IMG/VR virus record: IMGVR_UViG_3300042401_002002
Direction: 5' to 3' (one strand)
DNA: 64,000 bases
Origin: a virus
Taxonomy: Duplodnaviria > Heunggongvirae > Uroviricota > Caudoviricetes
Both the position numbers and the translations under genes were made by a program. Position 1 is the stretch's first letter. Each line of letters opens with the position of its first letter. A model generated the notes under the pieces. The model had not been told where the DNA came from. It saw nothing but the letters and a program-made list of their open reading frames with translations, and made no database searches. Shown piece after piece: positions 63,564 through 64,000 of this stretch.

Positions 63564-64000
63564 TACTGAACTCTTAAAATATATTTATTTAGTTTATTTT
63601 GGTTTTTTACAACAAAAGGAAATAATCTTTCAACCCAATCTTGTTGTAACATTTCTATTTTTTTGTTGTCATCATTTCTAGTTTGTGATTCTAAATGGTA
63701 ACAAACACTATTCATGTCGCAAATGTTTTCAAATCCATGTAAAATAGTTTGTAGACCTAGTTCAACATCTTCAAAACATGAAATATAATTTTCATTAAAC
63801 ATTCCTAGTTTTTGAAAAGTCTTTAATCTAGTCATAACAAAGGCGGCAGTGTTACCACAAACTAATTTATCTTTTGTGTTGTAATTATAGTGTGTTTGTA
63901 TATTATCGTGTGATACTTGTAAGTTATTATTTTTATCAATAAACATAATCTGACCACCATGTTGAATGGTACCATCACCAAAATGTAATCTAGCTCCAAT
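63563..64000 (-). CDS. Glycosyltransferase family 2, C-terminal part (starts beyond the window end)
   Basis: Frame is open to 64000: IGARLHFGDGTIQHGG...GNTAAF...FEDVELG...HLESQTR. Confidence 0.85.
   Translation of the reverse strand: MGARLHFGDGTIQHGGQIMFIDKNNNLQVSHDNIQTHYNYNTKDKLVCGNTAAFVMTRLKTFQKLGMFNENYISCFEDVELGLQTILHGFENICDMNSVCYHLESQTRNDDNKKIEMLQQDWVERLFPFVVKNQNKLNKYILRVQ

Noticed and set aside
1-64000. tRNA or rRNA genes
   Set aside because: No cloverleaf or GC-rich structural RNA segment recognised by eye; a tRNAscan or Infernal run would be needed to exclude them.

Overview
Very AT-rich segment of a large (jumbo-type) tailed phage genome. The host is probably a Bacteroidota bacterium, judged from repeated TTTG-N20-TAnnTTTG promoters, a lack of obvious Shine-Dalgarno motifs and a DUF5977-like segment. 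Replication and repair genes include a partial nrdA, an SbcD-SbcC fusion, family B DNA polymerase, a Dda-like helicase, primase and an SNF2 helicase. The window also carries scattered virion genes, two GIY-YIG homing endonucleases, four TnpB genes (one inside a complete IS607 element), an attC-like cassette and a glycosylation cluster with glf. The most striking feature is almost invisible in the ORF track. The apparent intergenic gaps on the minus strand hold 49 hand-translated paralogous microprotein genes (35-62 aa, one with an internal stop) in seven tandem arrays plus three singletons. They share an N-terminal MKLxI and a C-terminal N-x-[IL]-x-I-[YFL]-x-R around a hypervariable core, and most are chained by ATGA stop/start overlaps through a conserved junction (consensus ATTTAYAAAAGATGAAAYTW). 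All calls come from reading the sequence; no database search was run.
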